Notes: generated by a model not told the origin, from the letters alone. Counted from the first letter of the stretch, positions 36,995 through 47,333 are shown. The stretch: DNA of 64,000 nucleotides from an uncultured Chloroflexia bacterium (GCA_963739865.1 CAVUCA010000001.1:16748-80747); one strand, 5' to 3'. Numbers and translations are program-made.

Positions 36995-39139
36995 CTACGC
37001 CCGGGATGACATTTCAGGAATAGGCCTGATGTCATTCCGGACTAATATTGAAAAAGGCACTTTTATATCCGGATGATAGGATGGACCATTTTGGCATCCG
37101 GCCAGGAGCCGTAGTATTTCATCATATCTTCCGGCGGCTTTTTTTGCAGCCATGCTTTTTCGAATTCGGCGTAAGGCTGCGCTCGCGCTGAAACGGTCTT
37201 TACGTTCCGCCTGCCGCAGGGCTGCCGTCGGCTCTTCATCGGCCGTCCAGGTGGCGGCATCGTAAGCTACGTGGTATACATTTCGCGCTGCCCAATCCGA
37301 GATAATCTCATCCCGGATATCGTTAACGACCGCCTGCGGTTCCCGTTCCAGGACATCGCCGTAACCATAGCCGCCGGCCTGCGACCCGCCGCCCACCAGC
37401 GCCCCCTCATATAGCAATCCCTGGTTGCCTTCGGCGGGGAATTCTTGGATCACGTCCCGCTTGAGGACTTCCTCCGGGGTGGTGGGGATGTTCTTTTCGC
37501 CTTTGGCCATTAGTTCGAGGAGGTTGCTGCGGTTGATGCCAGCGCCCGGGGTGGGATATCCGGGATATCCGCCGAAAAGGCCCTGCCCCACGAGCATTCT
37601 GGCATGGTCTCCCCTACGTTCGACGTTGCCTTTGACATAAGGAACGCCGTAGACGACGCTGGCCATGTACCCGGAGGCGCCGCCGCGGAATTTGCCATGG
37701 CCGCAGCTATCTTTGCGGTGTTTCTGCCAGAGGTGGAAGACCGGTTCGTTGACTTCGGTCTCTTCGCCGTCGGTACCCGGGGCATGTACGGCGGAGCGGA
37801 AGACGGCGCTGTTCATGCCGTCCGAGTCCACTCGGCCGCCCTGCCCACCCGTGTTACGCGTCCATCCGCCGCCCCCGCTGACGAAGGGGACCCCCCACTG
37901 GTTGATGCCCGAGCCGATGCCGCCGCCACCCCCACCACCGCCCCCGGAAATGCCGTTGATGGGCGCAGCAATCTCATATTTATCATCACTGGAGAACATC
38001 ATAGAAGCGAATATCTTGGGCAGCAGTTCGTTATTCAGTTCGCCCACGGGCGGGGCCAGCGAGATGGCCGCATCCCAGTTCGGGCTGATGATAGTGCCGT
38101 CCGGGATCTTGAAATCCACGGGAACCAAGGTCCCGGAACATACCGGCAGGTCCCAGAAGCCGTGGGAATACATGTGCAGGGCAGCGTAGCAGACAATGAC
38201 CCAGGGCATGCAGTTCCAGGCGGTATCGGTTTCGGGAGAAGTGCCGGTATAATCGAACAAGATATGGTCGCCTTTTTTATAAGCGGTACAATATATGCGC
38301 CACAATCCCGGGTACGGCCCTACCCCGCCGTTGAAACAGATATTACGGTAGATGCCGTCATGCCAGCGGCTGATCCTTAGTTTAGCGCCTTCCTCAGACA
38401 CGATAAGGATGCGGCGCAGCAAACCGAGGATGAAGCCGCCGCCCTTTTCATCGGCTAACTGCTGGATGCGCGTACGCAGCCGGTCGGCGGCGGTAACTCT
38501 CCCCTTCAGGTCCAGTAATTGCTGCCGGGGGGCGCGGGAAATGAAATTCACCATCATCTCCACGAGGTCATCCTTGAGGATATAGTTTTCGGCGATCTTG
38601 ATGGGAGTCAAGCTCATCCCTTCGTCATAGCGGCTCTTTGCACCGGGAATCATACCGCCGGGCATGGTACCGCCGGTTTCAGCGATATGCGTACCGGCGG
38701 AGGCCCAGGCGATGAGTTCCCCTTTATGGAAGATGGGCATCAACGCCAGTTGGTCGCAGTTATGTATGCCGCCGTAGGTAGCTTCGCTAGCATAAAAGAT
38801 GTCGCCTTCGTGGACGCCGACGCCGGGATTATTTTTGAAATTACGCATGATCCATTTGATGGGGTTCTGGGCTGTGACGCTGTGGATAAAAGTGCCCAGG
38901 CAAGCACCCACGAGATCGCCCTGGGCGGTATGCAGCCCGACGATGAGGTCGCCGCCGATGATCCAGTCCGAATTACCCACTTTCATGAATACTTCCTTGC
39001 ATTCGGCGAGGATCATGGTCAACCGCTGGCTGCAGATCTCATAATCGCCAGGTTGCAGCAGCTTAAGGCCTTCTGCTTCCTCATTGGTGATGGGATCGGG
39101 TTTCAGAAATGCCATGACTTCATTTTTTGACGGCCGCAT
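36995..39139 (-). CDS. hydantoinase B/oxoprolinase family protein (HyuB-like; acetone/acetophenone carboxylase catalytic-subunit type) with Gly-rich insertion
   Basis: 714 aa; family-typical motifs (…DPITNEEAEGLKLL…NSDWIIGGDL…HGFWDLPVCSGT…); unusual insertion ISGGGGGGGGGIGSGINQWGVPFVSGGGGWTRNTGGQGG. Confidence 0.85.
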   Translation of the reverse strand: MRPSKNEVMAFLKPDPITNEEAEGLKLLQPGDYEICSQRLTMILAECKEVFMKVGNSDWIIGGDLIVGLHTAQGDLVGACLGTFIHSVTAQNPIKWIMRNFKNNPGVGVHEGDIFYASEATYGGIHNCDQLALMPIFHKGELIAWASAGTHIAETGGTMPGGMIPGAKSRYDEGMSLTPIKIAENYILKDDLVEMMVNFISRAPRQQLLDLKGRVTAADRLRTRIQQLADEKGGGFILGLLRRILIVSEEGAKLRISRWHDGIYRNICFNGGVGPYPGLWRIYCTAYKKGDHILFDYTGTSPETDTAWNCMPWVIVCYAALHMYSHGFWDLPVCSGTLVPVDFKIPDGTIISPNWDAAISLAPPVGELNNELLPKIFASMMFSSDDKYEIAAPINGISGGGGGGGGGIGSGINQWGVPFVSGGGGWTRNTGGQGGRVDSDGMNSAVFRSAVHAPGTDGEETEVNEPVFHLWQKHRKDSCGHGKFRGGASGYMASVVYGVPYVKGNVERRGDHARMLVGQGLFGGYPGYPTPGAGINRSNLLELMAKGEKNIPTTPEEVLKRDVIQEFPAEGNQGLLYEGALVGGGSQAGGYGYGDVLEREPQAVVNDIRDEIISDWAARNVYHVAYDAATWTADEEPTAALRQAERKDRFSASAALRRIRKSMAAKKAAGRYDEILRLLAGCQNGPSYHPDIKVPFSILVRNDIRPIPEMSSRA

Positions 39140-39201
39140 ATTTTCCCTGCCTTTCGGTTATTTCCAGGAGACTTAATTTCCTGGAAATATGCCCATTTTT
39201 C

Positions 39202-41376
39202 CTATTCGATGATGCCGCTGCGGTATTCATTCATCCGGAATGTCCGGCCCGGGGGGATGACGGTATTGGTATCCGGGGATTCGATGATGACGGGCCCTTC
39301 CAGGACATTGCCCGGTTCGAGCAGGTCCTGTTCGTAAAGGGGGGTGGGTTGATACCGCCCTGTTTCCTCCCAGAAAGCTTCCCGCTGCCCTTTATAAGCG
39401 GCAGCCGGGGGTTTAGCACTTTTAAGTGTCAACCTGGGAATTTCGAATTTCGGTGTCACGTAGCAGGACTTGAGGATAAATGAAGAAATATCGACACCGC
39501 CCTGGGGATATACTGCCAGGGGGCTGTAGGCTTCGCTGTATTCTTTTTCGAACTGCCGGTAGACTGCCTGAGCATCGTCCAGGTTTTTCATGAATAGGCG
39601 GGGCGAGGAGACCCGTTTCATATTCAATTGCCCGCCGTAACGCATTTCCAGTTCCAGGGTAAAAATGGCCTTTTCGGCGGAAATGCCCTGGCCGACCAGG
39701 TCGCGCACGGCCCGTTTTTGCAATTCCAGGACGACTTCGTTAAAGCTTTCGAAATCAGCGGCATATTCCAGCGAACCCGGTTTAATCAAGGGCAGGTGCC
39801 GGGACATTTCGTAAAACTGCACCATGTCCATCACGGCCGAGCCCAGGGCACAGAAAACCGGGGAATTAGGGAAGGTGACGACGCGGGGGACACCGGTGCC
39901 GAAGGAATAGCCGCAGCAGTGGGTAGGCCCACCCCCGCCGAAAGCGAAGACGACAAACTCTTTGGGATCGTAACCCCGAAGGACGGTCTCCTTAAAAATC
40001 TCGCCGCCCATATTGCCGTCGACTACTTTTTTGATCAGCCGGGCAGCCTGTTCGACATCGACACCGAGCGGCCGGGCGATTTTCTCTTTGATGGCATTGA
40101 TGGCTTTCTCACGGTCAAGTTTGATCTTACCACCGTGGAAATAGTCCGGGTTAAGGTAACCCAGAACCACATCGGCATCGGTGACGGTCGGTTCCGTTCC
40201 GCCCAGGTCGTAACAAGCCGGCCCGGGCATGGAACCGGCACTTTGCGGCCCAACCTCCAGTTGATTCCCCAGGATAGGATTGATGCGGGCGATGGAACCG
40301 CCGCCCGCCCCGATGGAGCGGGACTCGAGCATGGTGATCTCGACGCCCCAGCGGTCGATCACCGGCCGGAACTGGTAGAAGTTAGGGCTGCCGTTCACGA
40401 CCAGGCCCAGGTCGAAACTGGTGCCGCCGACGTCGGTGGCAACGATATTCCGATATCCTTGCATTTTACCGAGATAGCCGGCCCCGATAATACCGGCGAC
40501 CGGCCCGCCGTTATATGTATTCAAAGCCGTGGTGCGGAATACTTCCGCCATGCCGCCGCTGTTATGTACCATCATCATGGCCCGTTTATATCCCGAACTC
40601 CGCAGCTCATCGCTCATGCCCTTCAATTCATCGGACATGGAACGCTGAAGATAGGCGCTGAGCATGGTGGCGACCATACGGGGGTATTCCCGCCAGCGCG
40701 GCAGTACTTCACTGGAGAGAACGACCAGCATACTGCCCAGGTAACATTCGGGATACTGCCGCCGCACCAGGTCGCGGATCTGCTGTTCATGCAGCGGATT
40801 AGCATAGCTGTTGATGAGGCAAATCACAAAACCCTGGGCGCCCTGGTTTACCAGGTAACGGAGTTTTGCCAGGGTATCTTCTTCATCCAGCGGCCGGATA
40901 ACCTTGCCGTTGGCGGCGACCCTTTCTTTCACGCCCACGATCATATGGCGGGGGATGACGGGCACCGGTTTGTTCATACGGGGCAGGTTACGCATCTCGC
41001 TGATGGGAATGCCGTCGCCCCACGAACCACCCCGGCCGGCTGACAGGGTATCCTCGAAACCCTCCGTGGTAAACAGGCCGAGGCGCGGCCCTTTCCGTTC
41101 GATGAGCCGGTTGATGGCCATGGTAGTGGAATAGAGGATCATTTCCGTGGAATCCAGGAGTTCCTCCAGGGGAATATCAAGCAAAGCCACGGTTTCCCGC
41201 AGGGCCTGCATGAAACCTTTCGACAGGTCGTAGCCGGTGGTAGGGGCTTTTCCCGAAACGATTTTGTCGTTATAAATAATAACGCAATCGGTAAAAGTGC
41301 CCCCGATATCCACGTTGATGCTGGCGCGCTGTTTTACCATGTTCGTACTATCTGTTTGTTGCCTGGACTGGGTCAT
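39202..41376 (-). CDS. hydantoinase A/oxoprolinase family protein (HyuA-like; N-terminal ASKHA ATPase fold)
   Basis: 724 aa; INVDIGGTFTDCVII…ATDVGGTSFDLGLVVNG… (two ATPase nucleotide-binding motifs); SD GAGGAGGG. Confidence 0.85.
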   Translation of the reverse strand: MTQSRQQTDSTNMVKQRASINVDIGGTFTDCVIIYNDKIVSGKAPTTGYDLSKGFMQALRETVALLDIPLEELLDSTEMILYSTTMAINRLIERKGPRLGLFTTEGFEDTLSAGRGGSWGDGIPISEMRNLPRMNKPVPVIPRHMIVGVKERVAANGKVIRPLDEEDTLAKLRYLVNQGAQGFVICLINSYANPLHEQQIRDLVRRQYPECYLGSMLVVLSSEVLPRWREYPRMVATMLSAYLQRSMSDELKGMSDELRSSGYKRAMMMVHNSGGMAEVFRTTALNTYNGGPVAGIIGAGYLGKMQGYRNIVATDVGGTSFDLGLVVNGSPNFYQFRPVIDRWGVEITMLESRSIGAGGGSIARINPILGNQLEVGPQSAGSMPGPACYDLGGTEPTVTDADVVLGYLNPDYFHGGKIKLDREKAINAIKEKIARPLGVDVEQAARLIKKVVDGNMGGEIFKETVLRGYDPKEFVVFAFGGGGPTHCCGYSFGTGVPRVVTFPNSPVFCALGSAVMDMVQFYEMSRHLPLIKPGSLEYAADFESFNEVVLELQKRAVRDLVGQGISAEKAIFTLELEMRYGGQLNMKRVSSPRLFMKNLDDAQAVYRQFEKEYSEAYSPLAVYPQGGVDISSFILKSCYVTPKFEIPRLTLKSAKPPAAAYKGQREAFWEETGRYQPTPLYEQDLLEPGNVLEGPVIIESPDTNTVIPPGRTFRMNEYRSGIIE

Positions 41377-41426
41377 GTTCCCTCCTCATCCCAAACGGTC
41401 AAATTAGATTCCGTGGGGCAGGTGGT

Positions 41427-41759
41427 TTATTCGGCCGCATATTTCGCTTTCAGCTTGTCTACATCCAGTTCAATGTCATAGGTAACAGGGTGCCCGGGCG
41501 GCAAAACTTCATTTTCCACCATGACGGCGCAAACCGGGCAATAGAATTCGATGATGCGGCAGAGTTCCGGGTCGGGGGCAAAGCTGTTGTCGGGTAGGAC
41601 GGGGTTATAGACGGTGCGGGGGTCCCGGTCGTAGACCAGGCAGCCTTTCTTATAATTCTCCCGGGCAGAAATTAACTCACGGCCGCAGCGGTTGCAGCAC
41701 CATTTTTCGGTGTCCAGGTCGATGTCCAGGTATTCCGTAATCCGTATTTTTCGTCCCAT
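41427..41759 (-). CDS. acetone-carboxylase gamma-subunit-like small zinc-ribbon protein
   Basis: 110 aa with CCNRCGRE…CPVCAV (CxxC…CxxC), size and position between two HyuA-like genes as in apcB/acxC. Confidence 0.65.
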   Translation of the reverse strand: MGRKIRITEYLDIDLDTEKWCCNRCGRELISARENYKKGCLVYDRDPRTVYNPVLPDNSFAPDPELCRIIEFYCPVCAVMVENEVLPPGHPVTYDIELDVDKLKAKYAAE

Positions 41760-41762
41760 GGC

Positions 41763-43808
41763 TTACTCCAATTCCATCAATCCGTTGAGATATTTATCCA
41801 CGGTATATCTACTACCGGGCGGCACAATGATGGTGGTATGAGGGCTTTCGATAAAAGCCGGCCCCTTAATCACATTACCGCACGCCAGCTTGCCTTCGTC
41901 ATAGAGTGGGGTGGATTGGGGTTCCCCGTGGAAATATGCCGTCCGCCGGCCTTTTAGTGCTGGTCCCGGGTTTTCCCCCGCCTCAGCGTACACGGTGAAT
42001 TCGGGATCCGCCAGGTGGCAGGATGCCTTAAGGCGGAATTCCCGTACCGTGATTTTATGGTTTTTTTCACATGCAGTTGCCCGGTCCCGGTAAAGGTCCA
42101 ACAGGCCTGTAACATCAGCGTTATCCCGGAGCTGCAGCAGTGGCCATCTAACCGGGGTTAAGGCTGGTACACCTTCCGAAATCATCATTAATTCCAGGAC
42201 AAGCGAGACCCTGGTTTTCTCGAAGCCTTCCCCTTCCATGTCGAAATAAGCATCCGCCTGTATCTGCCGGACAATTTTGTTAAACTCCTCGCGCACCGCT
42301 TCCCCGGTTCCGGTCAATTCCAGGTTGGCGACAGTACTGTAATTATGTAGAATGTCGGTACACGAAGAGCCGAAGGCACAGAACTGGGCACCGAAGCGGA
42401 AAAAGCGGATTTTACCGATCCCGGCGGCCCGGGCGATACCCGGACACAACAGGCCGCCGCTACCGCCGAAAGCAAACATTTCCAGTTTTTCAGGATCGAT
42501 AGCTTTCTCGGTGGTGAATTTAGTTACCAGGCCGGCACAATTCCGGGTGATAACATCAAGTGCCATTTCAGCGGCTTTAGCCTCGGTAGTTTTAAGAGGG
42601 TCAGCCAGGCGACGTTTTACGGCCGCCCGAGCTTTCGCCGTATCCAGTTTGCGGCGGCCGCCCAGGAAATAGTCGGGGTCGATATAACCAAGGGTAACCC
42701 AGGCGTCAGTAGTACAGGCATTAGTGCCGCCCAGGCCGAAACAAGCCGGCCCGGGGATGCCGCCCATACTTTCCGGCCCGGCGGTCAATTTTCCGTCGCG
42801 GCCTACTTTCATCACTGAGGAACCGCCGCCTCCGATAGAGACGGTCTCGATGGCTGATTCTCTCACGGGAACACCGCCCAGGTCTTTTTCGCGGGTGTAA
42901 GCCGGTTCTCCACGGGCGATGATACCCACATCCGTACTGGTGCCCCCGATATCGACGGTAACCACGTTTTCAAGGCCGTATTTCCGGGCCAGGAAAGCGG
43001 CGCCGAAAAGCCCGGCGGCCGGTCCGGAATCACAGGTGTCGATAGCTTTGGTCTTAGCGACACGGCACACGCCGCCGGTGGCATGGACAATCAGCAGGGG
43101 CCATTTGAAGCGGTTGTTCCTGAGATCATCATCGGCTTTGTAAAGATAATGTGCCATATCCTGGTGGATATAGGCGTCGATGAGGGCGGCGTTGGTGCGA
43201 TAAAAGTCATCGATCTCGGTGCTGATCTCGGTGGAGAGTAATAAAGGCACAGTGCCCAGGTAATGGGCCGGGTAGTTGGCGAGGACAATTTCCCGGACCA
43301 ATTTTTCATGAGCCGGATTCAGCGGCGAGCGGGCGAGACTCACCACGATGCGGCGGGCGCCCCTTTCCAACAAATCCTTCACGGCCGCCAAAACTTCAGT
43401 GCTTGAAGGCGGTTTGACCGGGACGCCGTGTTCGTCCATCTCTTCAGCGATGCCGACCACCATGTCTTTGGGAACCAGGAAATCAACGGCCGGATTAGTC
43501 GCTTCCGGCGGGGCATAAGCATTGATGCCAATTCCCCCGGTTACCAACAGGCCTAACTTGGGGCCGGACTTGTTGATGAGGGCATTGGTACCGATGGTTG
43601 TGGAAAGGCGTACCGTGTCCGTGTGCGGTAGTAAACGGCTGGCAGATTCATAGCCTAATTTTTTTGCCGCTTCCTGGATACATTCCATGAAACACAGGGT
43701 CAGGTCGTGAGGTGTAGTCGGTACTTTTACCAGTTCGATTTTTCCGTTGCCGTGTACAAAACCGTCGGTAAAAGTCCCCCCGGTGTCGATATCGATGCTG
43801 TATCCCAT
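41763..43808 (-). CDS. hydantoinase A/oxoprolinase family protein (second HyuA-like paralogue)
   Basis: 681 aa; MGYSIDIDTGGTFTDGFV…VTVDIGGTSTDVGIIARG…; SD GAGGGGGG. Confidence 0.85.
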   Translation of the reverse strand: MGYSIDIDTGGTFTDGFVHGNGKIELVKVPTTPHDLTLCFMECIQEAAKKLGYESASRLLPHTDTVRLSTTIGTNALINKSGPKLGLLVTGGIGINAYAPPEATNPAVDFLVPKDMVVGIAEEMDEHGVPVKPPSSTEVLAAVKDLLERGARRIVVSLARSPLNPAHEKLVREIVLANYPAHYLGTVPLLLSTEISTEIDDFYRTNAALIDAYIHQDMAHYLYKADDDLRNNRFKWPLLIVHATGGVCRVAKTKAIDTCDSGPAAGLFGAAFLARKYGLENVVTVDIGGTSTDVGIIARGEPAYTREKDLGGVPVRESAIETVSIGGGGSSVMKVGRDGKLTAGPESMGGIPGPACFGLGGTNACTTDAWVTLGYIDPDYFLGGRRKLDTAKARAAVKRRLADPLKTTEAKAAEMALDVITRNCAGLVTKFTTEKAIDPEKLEMFAFGGSGGLLCPGIARAAGIGKIRFFRFGAQFCAFGSSCTDILHNYSTVANLELTGTGEAVREEFNKIVRQIQADAYFDMEGEGFEKTRVSLVLELMMISEGVPALTPVRWPLLQLRDNADVTGLLDLYRDRATACEKNHKITVREFRLKASCHLADPEFTVYAEAGENPGPALKGRRTAYFHGEPQSTPLYDEGKLACGNVIKGPAFIESPHTTIIVPPGSRYTVDKYLNGLMELE

Positions 43809-43860
43809 GTTCCCCCCTCATTGGATATGCCGGATAAACACCTGAAACCTGTTAATATAT

Positions 43861-44865
43861 TTAACTTGAGTTAATTAACCTGGCTATTTCCTGTATGGTT
43901 TCCACACCGGCAGTATAAGGTATTTCACCATCCGTAGTAATAAACCAGCCCCGCCGGTTATCCGACATCGGAATATCAGCGAGGGTTACGGCATCAGCCG
44001 GTTTATCAAGTACTGCTGTGGGGATGTTAAGGCCGCAGCAAATCTTACGGCCAGCAGCGGCCTGCTGCACAGCAGCACCGTCCACATCAGTACCCAATGA
44101 TACGCCGTCAGACTGCAAATCGATGACCGGGCGGATATTGTCCGGAGTACAACCCGGAGTCAGCAGCAGCGACCGCACATTATAAAAGCGGACGACATTC
44201 CAGATACTCTTCAACGGGGCGGCGGCGGACGTGAGGCTGGATGCATCCAGAGAACCCAACATTCCGTCGTTGATTACGACCACATCTGCCCCGAGTTCAC
44301 AGTAGGTGCGGCACAATTTAAGGCCGATGCTGCCGGCGGCGGCAATAACCTTGATGGCCTCAGCTTTGCCCTGCCGTAAATCTACCGCCAGATTTTCACC
44401 ATATAAGTGCCGGGCCAGGGTAAACGGCCCGGTAACCATACCGAGCAAGGCTATCTGTTTACCTCTCAGGATGTTGATCCTTTTGAAAGCCTCGATACAA
44501 ACGGGCAGCCGGCCTCGCTTTTCCAGGCCGGGAATATCTATCTTTTCCATACCGGTACCGCCAGGAAAAGGATGACTGACTACCTGTGGTAAAGCATCCC
44601 CGTTGTCCGGCCAGGAAACCTCACAGCCGCAAGCTTCGGCTTCCAGGCTGGGATCAAAAACGACGGTGATAGCGTCGTAGCTGAACAACTCCTGGGCGTT
44701 TAATAGAGCAGTGGATAGTAAACCGGGTTCTGATAGCATGTCCACAACGGGAAACTGTTCCAGTTTGGCGGCAAAGGTGCATACCCAGGGAAGGAAAGGA
44801 AGGCGGGGCAGGTCTTTCAACAGGAAAAGGTCTTTGACCAGCGCTTTTGAAGATATATCAGTCAT
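43861..44865 (-). CDS. uroporphyrinogen decarboxylase (URO-D) family protein (MtaA/CmuA-like methyltransferase/decarboxylase fold)
   Basis: 334 aa; overall match to PF01208-type architecture (…VTGPFTLARHLYG…GADVVVINDGMLG…); first gene of the minus-strand cluster. Confidence 0.75.
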   Translation of the reverse strand: MTDISSKALVKDLFLLKDLPRLPFLPWVCTFAAKLEQFPVVDMLSEPGLLSTALLNAQELFSYDAITVVFDPSLEAEACGCEVSWPDNGDALPQVVSHPFPGGTGMEKIDIPGLEKRGRLPVCIEAFKRINILRGKQIALLGMVTGPFTLARHLYGENLAVDLRQGKAEAIKVIAAAGSIGLKLCRTYCELGADVVVINDGMLGSLDASSLTSAAAPLKSIWNVVRFYNVRSLLLTPGCTPDNIRPVIDLQSDGVSLGTDVDGAAVQQAAAGRKICCGLNIPTAVLDKPADAVTLADIPMSDNRRGWFITTDGEIPYTAGVETIQEIARLINSS

Positions 44866-45081
44866 GGTGCCGTTATATTAACGCTTCATTGATTCCGATT
44901 CAAGCGATGCGGCAAGGGGTGCAGCTTGATTTGATACCCACATCGGGGGCAGCCCCGGTATTTTACCCGGTGGCCGGTAAGCCGTATAATCCCGTTAGCT
45001 TAAACAATTATCCTCAACATGGCAGCATTATTTACTACTGACAACGATGTTGCGAAGTACTTTAGTTAGAGGAGGACAATC

Positions 45082-45937
45082 ATGGTGGCAAGTGAAACGA
45101 AAGTAATCATGGACGGGTTGATTTTCCCGGAATGTGCCGCGCTGGCATGATGGCCGGCTCTGGTTTTCCGACATGCTGGACCGCAAGGTGATCGTCATCA
45201 ATCCCGACGGTAAGCCTGAGGTAGTGGCCGAGGTACCGGGGCAGCCGGGGGGCCTGGGGTGGCTGCCGGACGGCCGGCTGCTGATCGTCTCGATGTTCGA
45301 CCAGCGCCTGCTGCGGCTGGAGGCTGGTAGCCTGACAACGGCGGCCGACCTGAGCAAAATAGCGAGAGGGAACCTCAATGATATGGTGGTGGATGTGCGG
45401 GGCCGGGCGTATATCGGGGATTGGGGCTTTGTGGGGGCACGCCCGAAGGACCACGTGACCACGGGAGATGTGATGCTGGTAACCCCCGAGGGGAAAGCCC
45501 GGGTCGTTTCGGATCAATTACAGTTCCCGAACGGGGCGGTAATCACGGCAGATAACAAGACTTTGATCGTTGCCGATTCTTATGGTTATAACCTGTCGGC
45601 ATTCGATATCCGGAGTGACGGGACACTGACGAATTACCGTGTCTGGGCGGACATGGGAAAAACGGTGATCCCGGATGGGATCTGCCTGGATGCCGAAGGA
45701 GCGGTTTGGGTGACCAATTCGGCCGGCAATGACGTAATCCGGGTAAAAGAAGGCGGCGAGGTTTTGGGCAGGGTCACGGTTACCTCCCGGGCTTATGCCT
45801 GTATGCTGGGCGGCCCGGATAGAAACCTGCTGTACCTGACGACGGCAGCACCGGGCATGTTCGCCGACCTGAAAGACAAACGCAGCGGGCGCATCGAAGT
45901 GATTCCGGTAGAGGTACCGGGCGCCGGGCTGCCGTAA
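45082..45937 (+). CDS. SMP-30/gluconolactonase/LRE family protein; frame interrupted once at ~45136
   Basis: ATG 45082 with SD GAGGAGG; MVASETKVIMDGLIFPEC|PRWHDGRLWFSDMLDRKVIVINPDG… restores the canonical …F.PE.PRW…G.L.FSD motif if the extra G at ~45136 is removed; ORF track shows only the downstream part (45134-45937). Confidence 0.7.
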
Positions 45938-45983
45938 AGAATCCGGGTTAAATATTTTAATTACAGGACTTCAGGGGAGGGCT

Positions 45984-47333
45984 ATGTTTACCAGGGAATT
46001 AGTTAAATTCATCCATAAGACGGAATATAAAGACTTACCGGTTGAGGTGGTCAAGGCGGCCAAACCGGCGATACTCGACCTGCTCGGAGTGGCGATCGCG
46101 GGCAGTCAAGAACCGTCCGGGAAAATAATTGGTGAGATGGTCAAACAAACGAAGTCTATCCCGGAGGCGACCGTTATCGGGGGTGGGTTCAAGGCTAGCT
46201 GCAGCGCGGCCGCCCTGGCCAATGCCACCGCCGGCCATGTGCTGGACTGGGACGACTGCCTGGACTTCCCGGACGTGGGGCTGGCGCATCCCACGACCAG
46301 TATCATCCCGGCCGTCCTGGCACTAGGCGAAAAATTACATATTTCCGGGAAAGACCTGATTACGGCATATGTCCTGGGATTGGAAGTCTATGCTAAGATC
46401 GGGCTGCTGCGGCGGAAAGCCTACCATTCCGGCTCCGGGTGGGAGTGGACGGGGGTGCTGGGGGTGATGGGGTCGGCGGCTGCAGTATCGAAAATACTGA
46501 AACTGGATGAGAAAAAGACGGAGATGGCGCTGGGTATCGCCGCTTCCTCCGCGGGCGGACTGACGCGGAATTTCGGCACCATGGCCGGGCATCTGCACTC
46601 CGGTAATGCCGCCCGCAACGGCATCGAAGCGGCGGTCCTGGCTGACATGGGCTACAACGGGGTGGAAAACGTCATCGAAGTACCTTCCGGATTTTATAAC
46701 CTTTTCGCCGGCACTGACGTCCCGCTGACGGACGAAGTGATGCGGGAAAACATCAATGCCCTGGGCAATCCCTGGAATATCATCGAGCCCGGGTTGATGT
46801 TCAAAGCTTTCCCCATCGCCCATATCAGCCATTTCGGGGTCGAGGCGGCTTTACAATTGAGAGAGAAATACCCGTTCGACTGGCAAAAAATCGAGGAGAT
46901 CGAATTCCGCATCCCTCCCTTCATCCAGCGGGCGGTCTGGTATAAGGACCCGCAAACGGGGATACAGGGCAAATTCGGCCTGGGCTATTGCCTGTGCCGC
47001 GCCCTGGTGCAGGGGAAGATCAATATCACCGATTTTACCGATACGGCGGTAAACGACCCGGCCATCCGGCAGTTGATGAGCAAGATCAAATGGGCCGGCC
47101 TTGAACAGGATGCCGGGGTGGGGCCGTTCGGCTGCCAGGAAATAGTACTGAAAATGAAGGACGGCAATACCTGCAACTGTAAGGTCGAACACCCGCGCGG
47201 CGAGCCGCAAAACCCGTTGACCCATGAACAATCAGAGGCCAAGTTCCGGGACTGTGCCCGACATGCCCATTACGAGGAAAAAAGAACCGCACAGATCCTG
47301 GAACTGGTGATGAACCTGGAGAAAGATGGATGA
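45984..47333 (+). CDS. MmgE/PrpD family protein (2-methylcitrate dehydratase-like)
   Basis: 449 aa with family-typical N-terminus MFTRELVKFIHKTEYKDLPVEVVKAAKPAILDLLGVAIAGS. Confidence 0.85.
   Translation: MFTRELVKFIHKTEYKDLPVEVVKAAKPAILDLLGVAIAGSQEPSGKIIGEMVKQTKSIPEATVIGGGFKASCSAAALANATAGHVLDWDDCLDFPDVGLAHPTTSIIPAVLALGEKLHISGKDLITAYVLGLEVYAKIGLLRRKAYHSGSGWEWTGVLGVMGSAAAVSKILKLDEKKTEMALGIAASSAGGLTRNFGTMAGHLHSGNAARNGIEAAVLADMGYNGVENVIEVPSGFYNLFAGTDVPLTDEVMRENINALGNPWNIIEPGLMFKAFPIAHISHFGVEAALQLREKYPFDWQKIEEIEFRIPPFIQRAVWYKDPQTGIQGKFGLGYCLCRALVQGKINITDFTDTAVNDPAIRQLMSKIKWAGLEQDAGVGPFGCQEIVLKMKDGNTCNCKVEHPRGEPQNPLTHEQSEAKFRDCARHAHYEEKRTAQILELVMNLEKDG

Noticed and set aside
37001-37040. Hairpin CCGGGATGACAT…ATGTCATTCCGG as terminator of HyuB-like gene
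   Set aside because: It lies inside the last codons of the coding sequence (stop at 36995-36997), not downstream of it.
39628-41043. 471-aa plus-strand ORF
   Set aside because: Antisense to the well-supported HyuA-like gene; composition (His/Gly/Asp/Ala runs) is aberrant; no homology signal.
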